Position numbers and translations under genes: made by a program. From contig DATERF010000072.1 of NCBI GenBank assembly GCA_035271845.1, forward strand, positions 1,878 through 65,877: a stretch of DNA of 64,000 nt, given 5' to 3'. Shown here one piece after another: positions 48,296 to 58,600 of the stretch (position 1 is its first letter; each line of letters opens with the position of its first letter). The notes under the pieces are model-generated. The model saw only the letters and a program-made list of their open reading frames with translations, was not told the origin of the DNA and searched no databases. The stretch is from Candidatus Acidiferrum sp. Lineage in GTDB: Bacteria; Acidobacteriota; Terriglobia; Acidiferrales; UBA7541.

Positions 48296-48874
48296 TCAAC
48301 GAATCAGCAGCTCCAGTTCTTCACGAAGTTGCCTGCGAGCCCGAAATACGCGCATTTTCGCAGTCGCCTGCGTGATTCCCAATTCTTCCGCCATTTCCCG
48401 ATGCGTCCAGCCTTCTTGTTTGTGGAGAAGAAAAGCGCGCCGCAGGGAAGGGTTCAAGCGATGCATGGCTTTAAAAGCAAGTTCGCGATGCATATGCTGT
48501 CTTTCATTATTGACGCGCACGTCCTGAAGATCCGCGACACCCTGGCCCTTGCCATCCAGGAAATTCAGGTCCACATAACAGTCCTGGCGCCGTGACCGGT
48601 TGCGTCGAAGGGTCATGAGCGCTTCGTTGAAGGTGACTCGGAATAGCCACGAGGAGAAGCGCGAGGACTGTTCGAATCCATCGAGGCGCTGATAAATCTT
48701 GACGAGCACATTCTGAAGATTGTCTTCCGCATCTTCGTGATTCTTCAAAACCCTGCGCGAAATTCGATAAATCATGCGCCAATTGCGGCGCACAAGTTCA
48801 GTAAATGCCGCTTCGTTGCCATCGCGTGCCAGCGCGAGCAGTTCGGTTTCCGGACTTGCTGAGTCGATCTTCAC
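48296..48874 (-). CDS. ECF RNA polymerase sigma-70 factor
   Basis: GNEAAFTELVRR, DAEDNLQNV, FSSWLFRV, region 4 THREMAEELGIT...KMRVFRARRQL. Confidence 0.92.
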   Translation of the reverse strand: MKIDSASPETELLALARDGNEAAFTELVRRNWRMIYRISRRVLKNHEDAEDNLQNVLVKIYQRLDGFEQSSRFSSWLFRVTFNEALMTLRRNRSRRQDCYVDLNFLDGKGQGVADLQDVRVNNERQHMHRELAFKAMHRLNPSLRRAFLLHKQEGWTHREMAEELGITQATAKMRVFRARRQLREELELLIR

Positions 48875-49125
48875 GCGCCGTCCGTCCTAACATTGTCAAT
48901 GAAAGTCGCAAGCCAGAATGGAGACCGGAAAAGTACCAACAGCGTGACAATGAGGAGAAACCTTTCAGCGTCTGAGACGGCGAGGGCAGGCTCAAGCAGG
49001 GCCAAAAGTATCGCTGTGACTGCAGCAGTTGCAAAAGCTACTGCCCAGCGAGACAGCTGTGTCTCCTTCCGGTTGGCTTTCACCCGAACTGTCTCAGGTA
49101 GGGAAAGTGCAGTCATAGCAACCAT
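48871..49125 (-). CDS. Small 2-TM membrane protein coupled to the ECF sigma gene
   Basis: Two hydrophobic helices; stop overlaps the sigma GTG start (GTGA). Confidence 0.55.
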   Translation of the reverse strand: MVAMTALSLPETVRVKANRKETQLSRWAVAFATAAVTAILLALLEPALAVSDAERFLLIVTLLVLFRSPFWLATFIDNVRTDGA

Positions 49126-49233
49126 TGCGAGCCATTCTTAACGAGGACAGACCGACGCACTATAGAGCAAACACCGTATCCCCTCGATACCCTCCCTGTA
49201 GCACACCGGCAAGAAAGTACGTTGCAAAAGCCA

Positions 49234-50064
49234 TTAATTCAGATACTTGACCATGGCGACCTCATTGTGAGCTTCGTTGTAGACCAGTTCGTCCACGAGG
49301 GTCTTCGCTAGTTTCATTCCGAAACCTTCGGGTCGCGATCCCAGCGCCGCACGGGGCTCTTTGAGAGAGATTGCCCCCAGGCTTCGCGAATTGAGCGTGG
49401 AATACCGCCATTCGGAGGGCTCGAATCCGGCGCCGGGGTCCGCAATGCGGCACATTACGAACTTGCGGGTGCGCAAATATTCAATATGGGCTTGCGCGTC
49501 TGGACCGGAATGTCCGCCCCACTTTACGGCGTTTACAAGCAACTCATGGAGGGCCATCTTGACCGACTGGCGGATATGGGGTGGAAGACCGTGATTCAAA
49601 TGGTCAACAACATTCTCAATACGTTCCGCGATTTGAATCGCGCAGGGAAAGCGCAGTTCCACCCAATTAGGTTCTGCCGATACAACTTCGATTGGATCGG
49701 GGCCTGGCGGTAGTTCGAGCGTGTTCCTGACGAATCGGAGCAGTTCATCGGGCTTTACAGGCTTCGAAATAAACAGATAGGCCTTCTCGCGAAGAGAACG
49801 AACAAGAACCTCCGGCGATTCATCTCCCGTGATCACCAAAGCGCGCGGCCGCGAATCTTCCGGAAGAAGGGCCAAAAGTTCTATGCCATTCATTCGCGGC
49901 ATCCAAATATCAACCAGCAGCAAATCGAATTGATTCTCGCGAATTTTCTCGAGTGCTTCGACTCCGTCAGCGGCGGATCGCACTTCATAGCCGGCGCGTT
50001 CGAGCAGCCGGCATAGCCCATTGCGTTCATTGGAACTGTCGTCGACAACTAAGATTTTCATCAT
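49234..50064 (-). CDS. Response regulator receiver fused to an RsbW-like HATPase domain
   Basis: ILVVDD, VDIWMP, KPV; ALHELLVNAVKWG (N-box), DPGAGF (G1), GFGM...VDELVYN (G2). Confidence 0.85.
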   Translation of the reverse strand: MMKILVVDDSSNERNGLCRLLERAGYEVRSAADGVEALEKIRENQFDLLLVDIWMPRMNGIELLALLPEDSRPRALVITGDESPEVLVRSLREKAYLFISKPVKPDELLRFVRNTLELPPGPDPIEVVSAEPNWVELRFPCAIQIAERIENVVDHLNHGLPPHIRQSVKMALHELLVNAVKWGGHSGPDAQAHIEYLRTRKFVMCRIADPGAGFEPSEWRYSTLNSRSLGAISLKEPRAALGSRPEGFGMKLAKTLVDELVYNEAHNEVAMVKYLN

Positions 50065-50453
50065 GGCTTTCTTGTCTCTCGATGTTATTTAGGGCTGACA
50101 AAGGTCAAGGTGCAAACATTCCGCCAAACCGTCGGTGCCCAACATATTTCTGGTTGAATTCCTGTAGGTCACCGATCCACTGCTTGTAACTCTTTATCTA
50201 TCAAGACAACACGCGGAAGAACCGGCGCCCACAGAACAACAAAGCGCTGGCAATTCTCAGGCAGAAACGCGGCGAATCGGTACTAAGGCAGGTAATAACT
50301 GCGTTTGTGAGCAAGGATTTCGCGAGAATTGAAAGCCATTGAACAGGTCTGGACCGTTCGTCCAGACCTCGTTGTGTGTTCTGTCATGCCAACAACCAGC
50401 CACTGTTCTGGATAACCCGAAGTGCAAAAAAAGGCGTTTCTGTCGGGTGAAAA

Positions 50454-50529
50454 TGGCGGGCCTGGTCGGACTCGAACCGACAACCACTGGATTAGAAGTC
50501 CAGTGCTCTATCCATTGAGCTACAGGCCC
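50454..50529 (-). tRNA. tRNA-Arg (anticodon UCU)
   Basis: GGGCCTG acceptor stem, anticodon arm CTGGA-CTTCTAA-TCCAG, GGTTCGAGTCC T-arm, encoded CCA; 76 nt. Confidence 0.97.
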
Positions 50530-50566
50530 ACAGAGTAAGGTCAGCCGAAAAAGCCGCAACGCCGTA

Positions 50567-50609
50567 CTGCTCAGAAGGCAGACACTCTATCCAACTGAGC
50601 TACGGGCGC
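50567..50609 (-). pseudogene. 5' half of a second tRNA-Arg (truncated remnant)
   Basis: Minus strand GCGCCCGTAGCTCAGTTGGATAGAGTGTCTGCCTTCTGAGCAG gives the 5' acceptor strand, D-arm and anticodon arm. No T-arm or 3' acceptor strand follows. Confidence 0.75.
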
Positions 50610-50896
50610 ATCCCTTGGCTACCCTTTCATTCAACAACACTTATGCCGCGACTTCAACTGCCGGTGCACCACAAACCGTCTTTGTCGTCGAATGATTACA
50701 GGAACTCGGCAGTGTCCGTCGTTAGATCAGGCACGCAGCCTCACGTGTCGGGGGATAATGCTTATTGCCGTCGAGCTATCTGCAAAACTCTTTCGCTCGA
50801 CGAATAGCGACTTGGAGTTTCTGTTGATCGATTCTAATCGGCTCCTTGCCAAAGCCAGCACAAAGGTCGTCTGTTAAATAGAGCGTTAAGGTGCCA

Positions 50897-51142
50897 TTAC
50901 TGCTCATAATCCTCGACGACTGTTGCCGGTCGGACTTTCGCTTGATCTGGATCACGACCAAACTCTCGCAAGGCCCGCCGCTGGCGTAACAAATCCCAAC
51001 ACTGGTCCAGCTCAACCTTTATCTTGGCCAAGCGGCCACGGTCGCCAGCCGACAGTTCACCCTGCGCATAGAGGCGCTCTTCTTCCTTGACCAACTTGTC
51101 GATGTGACCTAGGACAGCCGGATCCTTGCTCTCTTCTGCCAT
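50897..51142 (-). CDS. DUF2630 family protein
   Basis: LVKEEERL...ELDQCWDLLRQRRA.REFGRDPD.AKVRP...VEDYEQ; AGGAG RBS. Confidence 0.85.
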   Translation of the reverse strand: MAEESKDPAVLGHIDKLVKEEERLYAQGELSAGDRGRLAKIKVELDQCWDLLRQRRALREFGRDPDQAKVRPATVVEDYEQ

Positions 51143-51470
51143 AAAATCTCCTTTTGCAAAAGTGTCCCGTGGATTCTTGACCGTCGGTGTATTCATGCGA
51201 TGTGCTACCGCCGGCAAATATACGATGCCCAAGACAACTGTCCGGTTTCTGACCGAATTCGTCCTGAACGCAATTGATGCAAAGCGCGCCTTCAGTCGAC
51301 GAGTGGCTCACACGTTTGCCTTCCGTCGGTCGTACAGTTGCCGTCCGGTAATAACCGCCTGTCTTCGGTGGTTCTTCGATTTCTGGATGTAGGAACAGTA
51401 GAATAGTGCCGAAGAAGAAGCGGTCAATTACCGAGGACCGTCTTCCCGCACTTTTTCAGACTGGGAGCCA

Positions 51471-52769
51471 ATGCTGTTCAAGCACACGTGGGCGTTTTTG
51501 CTTCTCGTGATTCTCGGAGTCTTATTTCGTTTGGGATTCGTTTTGGCAGCGGACAGCCGGCAGTTGACGTTTCACAGCGGAGGAAGCGACGCCCCTGTTT
51601 ATGCGCTGCTCGCGGAGAACTTGCTTTTGCACAAAGGCTTTACGTATGCGGGACAGCCCTCGGCGTTTCGGCCACCTGGGTATCCTTCGCTTCTTGCAGG
51701 ATTCATGGAAGTGTTCGGACACCACTACATCACCGCGGTTCGCGTTTTGCAGTTCATTGTGGGACTGCTCACCGTGGTCACTTGCGCAACCATAGCGCGA
51801 CGCATTTTTGGCCGGGAGGGACAACGAGCTACGCTCGTTTTTGGCCTTTATTTGCCCACGCTTATTTTCTCGACAGCGCAGTTGATGACCGAGTGCGTAT
51901 CCACATTTTTGACAGCATTGTTTCTTCTGTTTTTGGTCGAGCAGCAGGAAAGGGGGGACGGGCGTTCGGCATGCGGTCTAGGCTTGATTGCCGGCCTGGA
52001 GTCGCTGATGCGTTTCAATGCAGCGATCCTGCCGTTCTTTGCCCTGGGGGCGGTCATCGGAGGCCGGCGGAAAGGTTCGGTTGTCCTGCGAAGTGCGGCG
52101 GTGATGTTGCTAGCTGCTCTCGTTGTTTTGCCTTGGATGATTCGCAACGCTTCGGTTTTTCCTGGGCATGTGCTCTATGCAACCCATACTGGGGCGAACG
52201 CCGTGCAAGGGGTAGTTAATACGGAAGGTCGAACACAGCCTGGAGATACCGAGAAGCTCAAGGCAGCGATGGGATGGTGCGTTCAAGACCTGGAGACAAA
52301 CGATTCTGCGCGACTTGCTTTGCCCTCAGAAACGGACCTCAACCGCCATGCACTGCGAGTTGTTCCCCAGTTATGGAGGGAACAAGGATGGAACGCGGTT
52401 CCGCTACTTGCTAAGAAAATCGCAGACTTCTGGTTGAGTACCGACCAGTTTCTGCACACCCAATCGCTACCAGCGACCGAACGGGCCATTCGGATCGCGG
52501 GAGTTTCGCTCTACTGGATTGTCGTGGCCGTAGCCATGGGAGGTTTGCATCACCTTAGGAAGACCCGACCTGACCTTGCAGCCTGGGTGATTCTCTACCT
52601 CGTAGGGATCACCTTGGTTCATCTGCCGTTTGTAATGAACACTCGGCTTCGAATCCCGCTGGTGGAACCTCTGATCATTGTCCTTGCCGGTGGCGGTTGG
52701 GTGCGTCTGGATTATCTGATAAGGCACAGACACCAAGACCCTGACTTACCTGTCGCCGTCGCTGAATGA
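51471..52769 (+). CDS. GT-C fold membrane glycosyltransferase (ArnT/PMT, GT39-like)
   Basis: D..VYALLAENL...SAFRPPGYP, MTE, LMRFN, LPWMIRN, TRLRIP; multiple TM segments. Confidence 0.8.
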   Translation: MLFKHTWAFLLLVILGVLFRLGFVLAADSRQLTFHSGGSDAPVYALLAENLLLHKGFTYAGQPSAFRPPGYPSLLAGFMEVFGHHYITAVRVLQFIVGLLTVVTCATIARRIFGREGQRATLVFGLYLPTLIFSTAQLMTECVSTFLTALFLLFLVEQQERGDGRSACGLGLIAGLESLMRFNAAILPFFALGAVIGGRRKGSVVLRSAAVMLLAALVVLPWMIRNASVFPGHVLYATHTGANAVQGVVNTEGRTQPGDTEKLKAAMGWCVQDLETNDSARLALPSETDLNRHALRVVPQLWREQGWNAVPLLAKKIADFWLSTDQFLHTQSLPATERAIRIAGVSLYWIVVAVAMGGLHHLRKTRPDLAAWVILYLVGITLVHLPFVMNTRLRIPLVEPLIIVLAGGGWVRLDYLIRHRHQDPDLPVAVAE

Positions 52770-53282
52770 GATAGCGTGAAGCCTTTCTTCGGTGTTCCCA
52801 GGTGCAAATTCCTGAAATTGGTGTCCCAGCGGTAACACCAAAAGTACTATAGAGATTGGGACTTTGAGATTGGGATCGCGGTCGCACTGTCGGCCAAACG
52901 GCAAATTTGGGCGGAACATTTCCACGCGGCAATCAAGCAAAAGTGCCTGTTTCACAAGGATTTAAGCGCCCCCGAGCACCACGTCTTGCGGATTCTCCAC
53001 GCTCTCCTGAATGGAAACCTTCGTAACTGTCCTACTGGAACGTGCGGACGGGTGCGCCACGGCTGCTCTGAACCAGTACTTTCGTCCAGTTGTGGCCACA
53101 CAGACGAATGAGTTACCTATGGTGCAGGACCGAGTATTGGCGGAGTAGGTGTATCCGGTGGACGCGTTCGAATAAAGCGCTTGAAACCGAGTATCGACAC
53201 GAGATTTCTGATGTCGCGAAGCACTTGGCTCTGCCACTAAGGTCATTTGGAGAAAAGTTTACCGAGGCATTGGAAGTCGCCC

Positions 53283-53921
53283 ATGAGAAATGAAAAGCGC
53301 AATCAGCAAGGCTTCTCTCTACTTGAGGCAGTAATCGCCATTGGTATCATTTCCGTTCTCTCTGCCATCACGATGTATCAGAGCTACGGAACGATGGAGA
53401 GCTATCGTGCGAATTCCGCGATGGACGTGGTCATCGGCCAAATGCGCGTGGCGCGTCAATTGGCCGTGGCGCAACGCCGCGCTGTTCAGGTGACGTTTAA
53501 TGTCGGCGCCAGCCCACAGACTCTGAGCTATCAGGTAAAAGCGCGGCCCCTGGTGGCGGGCGACGTTGATGGTCCGATCGTCACGGTGCCGCTGCCAAGC
53601 CAGACACAGTATTTGATCGAAACCGGCGTGCCGGACACGCCCATGAACTTTGGAACCTGTGGAGCTTCGTCATCGGCATCTGCTGTGTGTATCGGAGGAA
53701 TTAGCGGTGGCCCTCCACTCATGTATTTTTCCTCGACTGGTCAGTTTGGCGGCGATGAATTCGGCACGACACCGTACAACGGAACAATCTTCACAGGTAT
53801 TCCCAACCGAGCGGACACCGCGCGCGCGGTCACGGTCATGGGAAGCACGGGGCGCGTTCGTCCTTATACCTACATTCTCACAGCCACCAGCCCTGTTATG
53901 ACGGGCTATTGGACCGAATAA
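53283..53921 (+). CDS. Type IV minor pilin, FimT/GspH-like
   Basis: KRNQQG/FSLLE prepilin site plus hydrophobic helix; ARQLAVAQRRAVQVTF; YFSSTG; TGRVR. Confidence 0.88.
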   Translation: MRNEKRNQQGFSLLEAVIAIGIISVLSAITMYQSYGTMESYRANSAMDVVIGQMRVARQLAVAQRRAVQVTFNVGASPQTLSYQVKARPLVAGDVDGPIVTVPLPSQTQYLIETGVPDTPMNFGTCGASSSASAVCIGGISGGPPLMYFSSTGQFGGDEFGTTPYNGTIFTGIPNRADTARAVTVMGSTGRVRPYTYILTATSPVMTGYWTE

Positions 53922-53931
53922 GGAGTAACCG

Positions 53932-54480
53932 ATGAAGGAATTTTTCAAGCTTCGAAAGCAAAAAGGATTCACATTGATCGAGTGCATGGTTGCCGGGGCG
54001 GTCATGACCGTGGGCATCCTCTCGTTGGTTCCCATATTCACGCAAGGTCTTAAGGCCAACTCGCAAACGCAGATGCAATACATTGCGCAACAAAAGGCGC
54101 AAGAAGCGATGGAGAGCATATTCACCGCGCGCGATACGCGCATGGTCAGTTCCGCTCAAATCGCCAACGTGAGCGCTGGCGGAATCTTCATGGACGGCCC
54201 GCAGCCGTTGCTGGCCGCCGGACCTGACGGCCTGTTCGGCACAGCGGATGACGACGCCACCAATCCGGACAGCATCGTTATCGCCCCGGGCCCCGACCAG
54301 ATCTTTGGAACCGCGGATGACGTATCGATCAATTTGAACCCATTCATGACGCGCACCATCGCTATCACTCCCTCGGCCAATACTCCTAACCTGAAGACGA
54401 TCCTGGTGACCATCACGTGGACCTATCAGGGGCAAACTTCGACGTACACGCTGCAAAGCCTGATTTCCAACTTTTCGTGA
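53932..54480 (+). CDS. Type IV minor pilin, PilV/GspI-like
   Basis: RKQKG/FTLIE; AQQKAQEAMESI; LKTILVTITW. Confidence 0.88.
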   Translation: MKEFFKLRKQKGFTLIECMVAGAVMTVGILSLVPIFTQGLKANSQTQMQYIAQQKAQEAMESIFTARDTRMVSSAQIANVSAGGIFMDGPQPLLAAGPDGLFGTADDDATNPDSIVIAPGPDQIFGTADDVSINLNPFMTRTIAITPSANTPNLKTILVTITWTYQGQTSTYTLQSLISNFS

Positions 54481-54488
54481 GGCCTTTG

Positions 54489-55676
54489 ATGAACTTCGAA
54501 CAAAAAAGAAAAATCGCGGGCTTTACCCTGGTCGAATTGATGATCTCCATGGGCGTTACCATGGCCCTTCTGTATGCCGCGGTCTCTGCGTTCCAGGGCG
54601 CTTCGCAGTCCAACCAGGTAGTCACGCAAGGTGCGGACTTAAGCGAAAACCTCCGCGCTGGATTGAATATGATCCAGCTGGACCTGCAGCAGGCAGGCAC
54701 GGGAATTCCCACCGGCGGTATTCCCATACCGTTCACGGCTCCTTGTGGTACCACTCCACGCATCAACCGGCCGATGCTGGGCGGTACGAGCACATTTCCA
54801 TATCCGGGTGCTACGTGCGAATCCTCGATCCCCGCGGTTGAGCCGGGCAGCATGATGGGACCCGCGATTACCGCTCCGGATGCGATTGCCGGCACGCCCG
54901 CTAACCCCAATAGCATCACGGACGAAATCACCATCCTCTATGCCGACAATACGGCTGGCTTGGACGGCAAGCCTGTCAATCAGCCTGCCACACCGGGCCC
55001 GCCGGCAAATCCGGGATGCCCGGCTGGGAAACTGCAACTGTCCGGCACCACCCTCACCGTCACTTTTGACGTCACGTGCGTGAACCTGACGAATCCGGCA
55101 CTTGGCAGCGTGATCTTGATCAATCCCGGCGACCTCATCATGTTCACCAATAACGTTGGAGGGGGAAGCACCGCGCTCCTGACGGTTACTGGTGTGGCCG
55201 GCCAGGTTTTGACCTTCCAGGCCGGAGACGCCTTTGACTTGAATGGCCGGAATGAAACCGCCGGCACCATCCAGCAATTGGAAGTCGGGGGAGCAGCATG
55301 CGGCGGTGGCCCGGCATGCTTTCCTACCACTCTTGCCACGCGTATTTGGATGATCAGCTATTACTTGGACAACATCACCAGTCCTCCCTACACGCGCCTG
55401 ATCCGTCAGGTGAACATGAACCCGCCGACGCCCGTTGGAGAGACCCTGGAAAACCTGCAGTTCACCTATAACTTTGTCGACGGAGTGAATAATCCTGCGA
55501 ATCAATCCTCCGTTCCTCTCGGGGACTCGGAATCAAACATTCGCTCGGTGAACGTCTATCTTGGCGCGCGCTCGAGTCACCCGGTGAAGCAGGGCAACAA
55601 CACGATCTATGCCAGAAGCAATTTGATGACTCAGGTCAGCCTGCGCAGCCTGGCCTACGTGAATCGTTACCAATAA
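54489..55676 (+). CDS. Type IV minor pilin, PilW/GspJ-like
   Basis: KIAG/FTLVELMIS; NLRAGLNMIQLDLQQAG; ENLQFTY; IRSVNV; QVSLRS. Confidence 0.88.
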   Translation: MNFEQKRKIAGFTLVELMISMGVTMALLYAAVSAFQGASQSNQVVTQGADLSENLRAGLNMIQLDLQQAGTGIPTGGIPIPFTAPCGTTPRINRPMLGGTSTFPYPGATCESSIPAVEPGSMMGPAITAPDAIAGTPANPNSITDEITILYADNTAGLDGKPVNQPATPGPPANPGCPAGKLQLSGTTLTVTFDVTCVNLTNPALGSVILINPGDLIMFTNNVGGGSTALLTVTGVAGQVLTFQAGDAFDLNGRNETAGTIQQLEVGGAACGGGPACFPTTLATRIWMISYYLDNITSPPYTRLIRQVNMNPPTPVGETLENLQFTYNFVDGVNNPANQSSVPLGDSESNIRSVNVYLGARSSHPVKQGNNTIYARSNLMTQVSLRSLAYVNRYQ

Positions 55677-55688
55677 GAGGAGCATGAA

Positions 55689-58600
55689 ATGAGCATGAAT
55701 CTGTTCAAAAAATCCAAGCGCCTTCGGGACGACGCGGGTATTGCTCTGATTACCACGCTTCTCTTGCTCTTCCTGATGTCCAGCCTGCTGGTTGGCTTCA
55801 CGGTGCTGTTGATGACCAATCAACAGCTCGCCGGCTCCAACAACGACGACGTAACCGCTTTCTACGGTGCGGAAGCGGGAATGGAGCAGATGACGGCAAA
55901 CCTCGGTGACCTTTTCTCGCAGACTTATTCACCGACTGCCGCCCAGATTAACGCCGTGGAACTGAATCCACCGCTGATTTGGTTAGGGAACGGCAAAAGC
56001 ATTCAGTTCCTAAACAGCAATGGCACCAGCGGTTACACCATCACACCCGGAGCGGTCGATGCCAATGGCAACCCCGCTCCCACGATCTCCACGATCAAGT
56101 CCGGTCCTTATTCCGGTATGACCGCGCTGCTGACGGAATACACGATGGTCGTGAATGCGCGCACCACGGAAGGCCGCGAGGCAAAGCTGCAGCGCACCGT
56201 TCAGACTGTCGGAATCCCGATGTTTCAGTTCGGAATCTTCTCCGATACCGACCTAAGCTTCTTCCCCGGGCCAAACTTCAATTTCGGTGGACGTACGCAC
56301 ACCAACGGCAACCTCTTTCTGGCTGCGGGATCCACGCTCACACTCTCTGACAAGGTGGACGCTTACAAGGACGTTATTCGCACAAATCTAGAAAATGGTT
56401 GGCCGACCAGCGTGAACTATACCGGCACTGTGCAAATCACAACTCAGCCGGGCGGGTCGAACTACAGGCCATTACAGCCCAGCGAAGGTAGTCTCACCGG
56501 AACGCTCGGGTCAGGCGCAAACGCGAATTGGCCCACCATCTCCACCGGCAATGCCCCAACCTACTACAACAGTAACTTAATCAACGGGCAGGGAAGCGCA
56601 CATCCAAGCTTCTCTACCGGGGCAAAGCAATTGAACCTGGGTATCGTTACCATCGGCAGCGGCGCCACCCAGGAGATTGACCTGATTCGACGGCCCCTCA
56701 GCGGAGAAGCCGCGAATGTTACCGGGGAACGCTATTTTGCCCAAGCGAGCTTGAAGGTTCTGCTTTCTGACGACCCTGCCGACATCATGAATCTTCCGTG
56801 CATCGACGGGTCAACGCAGCCGTTTGATCTGAGCAAGATGGCTAGCCAGCCGAGCACGTGGCCGGCCTCGACTTATGCGCCGCTCGTGGCTCTATACAAT
56901 CAAATGATCGCCAACGGAGTCACCCCGCTGCCTCTGGCCGCTTCTGGTGCGTTAGGCGGTCCGGGCGGGGCATATAACCCCCAGGACGGTTACTGGTTGC
57001 CCGGAGGCGGAGCGAATCCGTATCCCGTTATCAAGGGTTATCTCAAGATTGAAGAGCAGCTAGGTTATGGCAGCCCCTGCGGCACCTGGAAAGACGTGAC
57101 CGTGGAAATCCTGAGCTACGGCTACGTAGGCCGGAATATCGACCCGGTTCCGCAATCGCTTGACGGCACGAACCTCAACCCACAGTGGCCCGCCGTTGGG
57201 ACAGCGACGTGCGTATCCACTGTTTCCTGCGCGCAAATGGATCCTTTGAAAGGTATGTATGTACCGCCCGTGCCCGGCCCAGGCAATCCGGCTGGCGGCT
57301 ACACCGTTGCCGGCAATCAGTTGGCCACCATTGCGTACGGTTACCCACTGCCCAAGGTGCCCATGACTGCAGCGCCTGCGCCACTTCCGCTGGCGGCACA
57401 GAATCCCAACCCACCGGCGTTCCTGGCGGCTGGACCGTTCAATGCCCTGGATACGCTGGCCGCGCCCACGGGCACTTGCATGGACCCACACCCGCTGGCG
57501 GTTATCCGCCTGGAACGGATTCGCGATAATCCGTCTTCACTTTACGTGGGTGGCTATGTGGCATCGGGCACGTGGAACGCGGCTACCAACAAAGCGTTAC
57601 AAGCACCGGTTTCCATCGTTTGTGGCGTGGACCCGGCTACCGGTAAGCTTCCTTTGATCGGCGGTGTGTCTTGGGTTCCGACGTTGTACGACTTCTGGCC
57701 CAATACGCTGTTTGATACGCGCGAAGGCACGCTCCGCGATACCGCGATGAACACCGCCAATCCCGCCATGCCGACGCTCAACGGCACCATGCATTATATC
57801 GAGCTGGACGGCAAGAATCTGAGCAGTTGGTTTGGCGGCAAAATTGGCACCATCGTCACTTCTGGTGCGGGCACGAAGGACCCTGCGGTCGCGCCGAATG
57901 ACTTCGTGGTTTATGTTTCCGATCGCCGCGGCAATTATTCCCTGTCGCAAACCATTACGGGTGGTTGGCCACCGCTTTCCTACACCCATAAAGAGACGGG
58001 CGAGTACGGCTGGAACGACATTATCAACAACCCGGCGACTTCGACGGCGTCCGGTTGTCCCGACTCTGCCCTGGAGCAGGGAGAGGACGCGGATGGAACC
58101 GGCGTGCTTTATACCTACGGTGCCAACGAGAGTTACCTCCATGCCGTGGGAGCCATTCCCGTTCCTCCTGCCACGGTGCTGCCACTCGGACAGATCGGCA
58201 TCTTCGCGAATCTGGTGGGCGGTGCATCAGGTATTACCAGCAACGTCAGCTGCCCGACTGTGCCTTCGTATGCCACGGATGGAATCTGGCCGATGATGGT
58301 GGCAACGGCTTCCAGCTCCGCGCGAGAAAATCCCGCGCTCTTCTTCCGCAGAGCCGTGAAAATTGTCAACGGATCGAACCTGTCGGCGGTTGGCACATGC
58401 CCCGGCGGGAACAACTGCGGCTTGACCATCGCCTCTGAAAACCCGGTCTATGTTCAAGGCGACTTCAACGCGAATCTAGGTGGCATTGGTTTTGCCAACT
58501 CACCAACAACGATTGCCGCATCAGTTGCCGGTGATGCAGTCACCCTGCTTTCCAACAATTGGAACGACACCAACTCCTTCTCCAGTCCGTATGCGCTGGC

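Noticed and set aside
52770-53282. Riboswitch, sigma54 promoter or small ORF in the 500-bp pilin leader
   Set aside because: No convincing GG-N10-GC promoter or riboswitch consensus found by eye; the short ORFs lack coding signatures.
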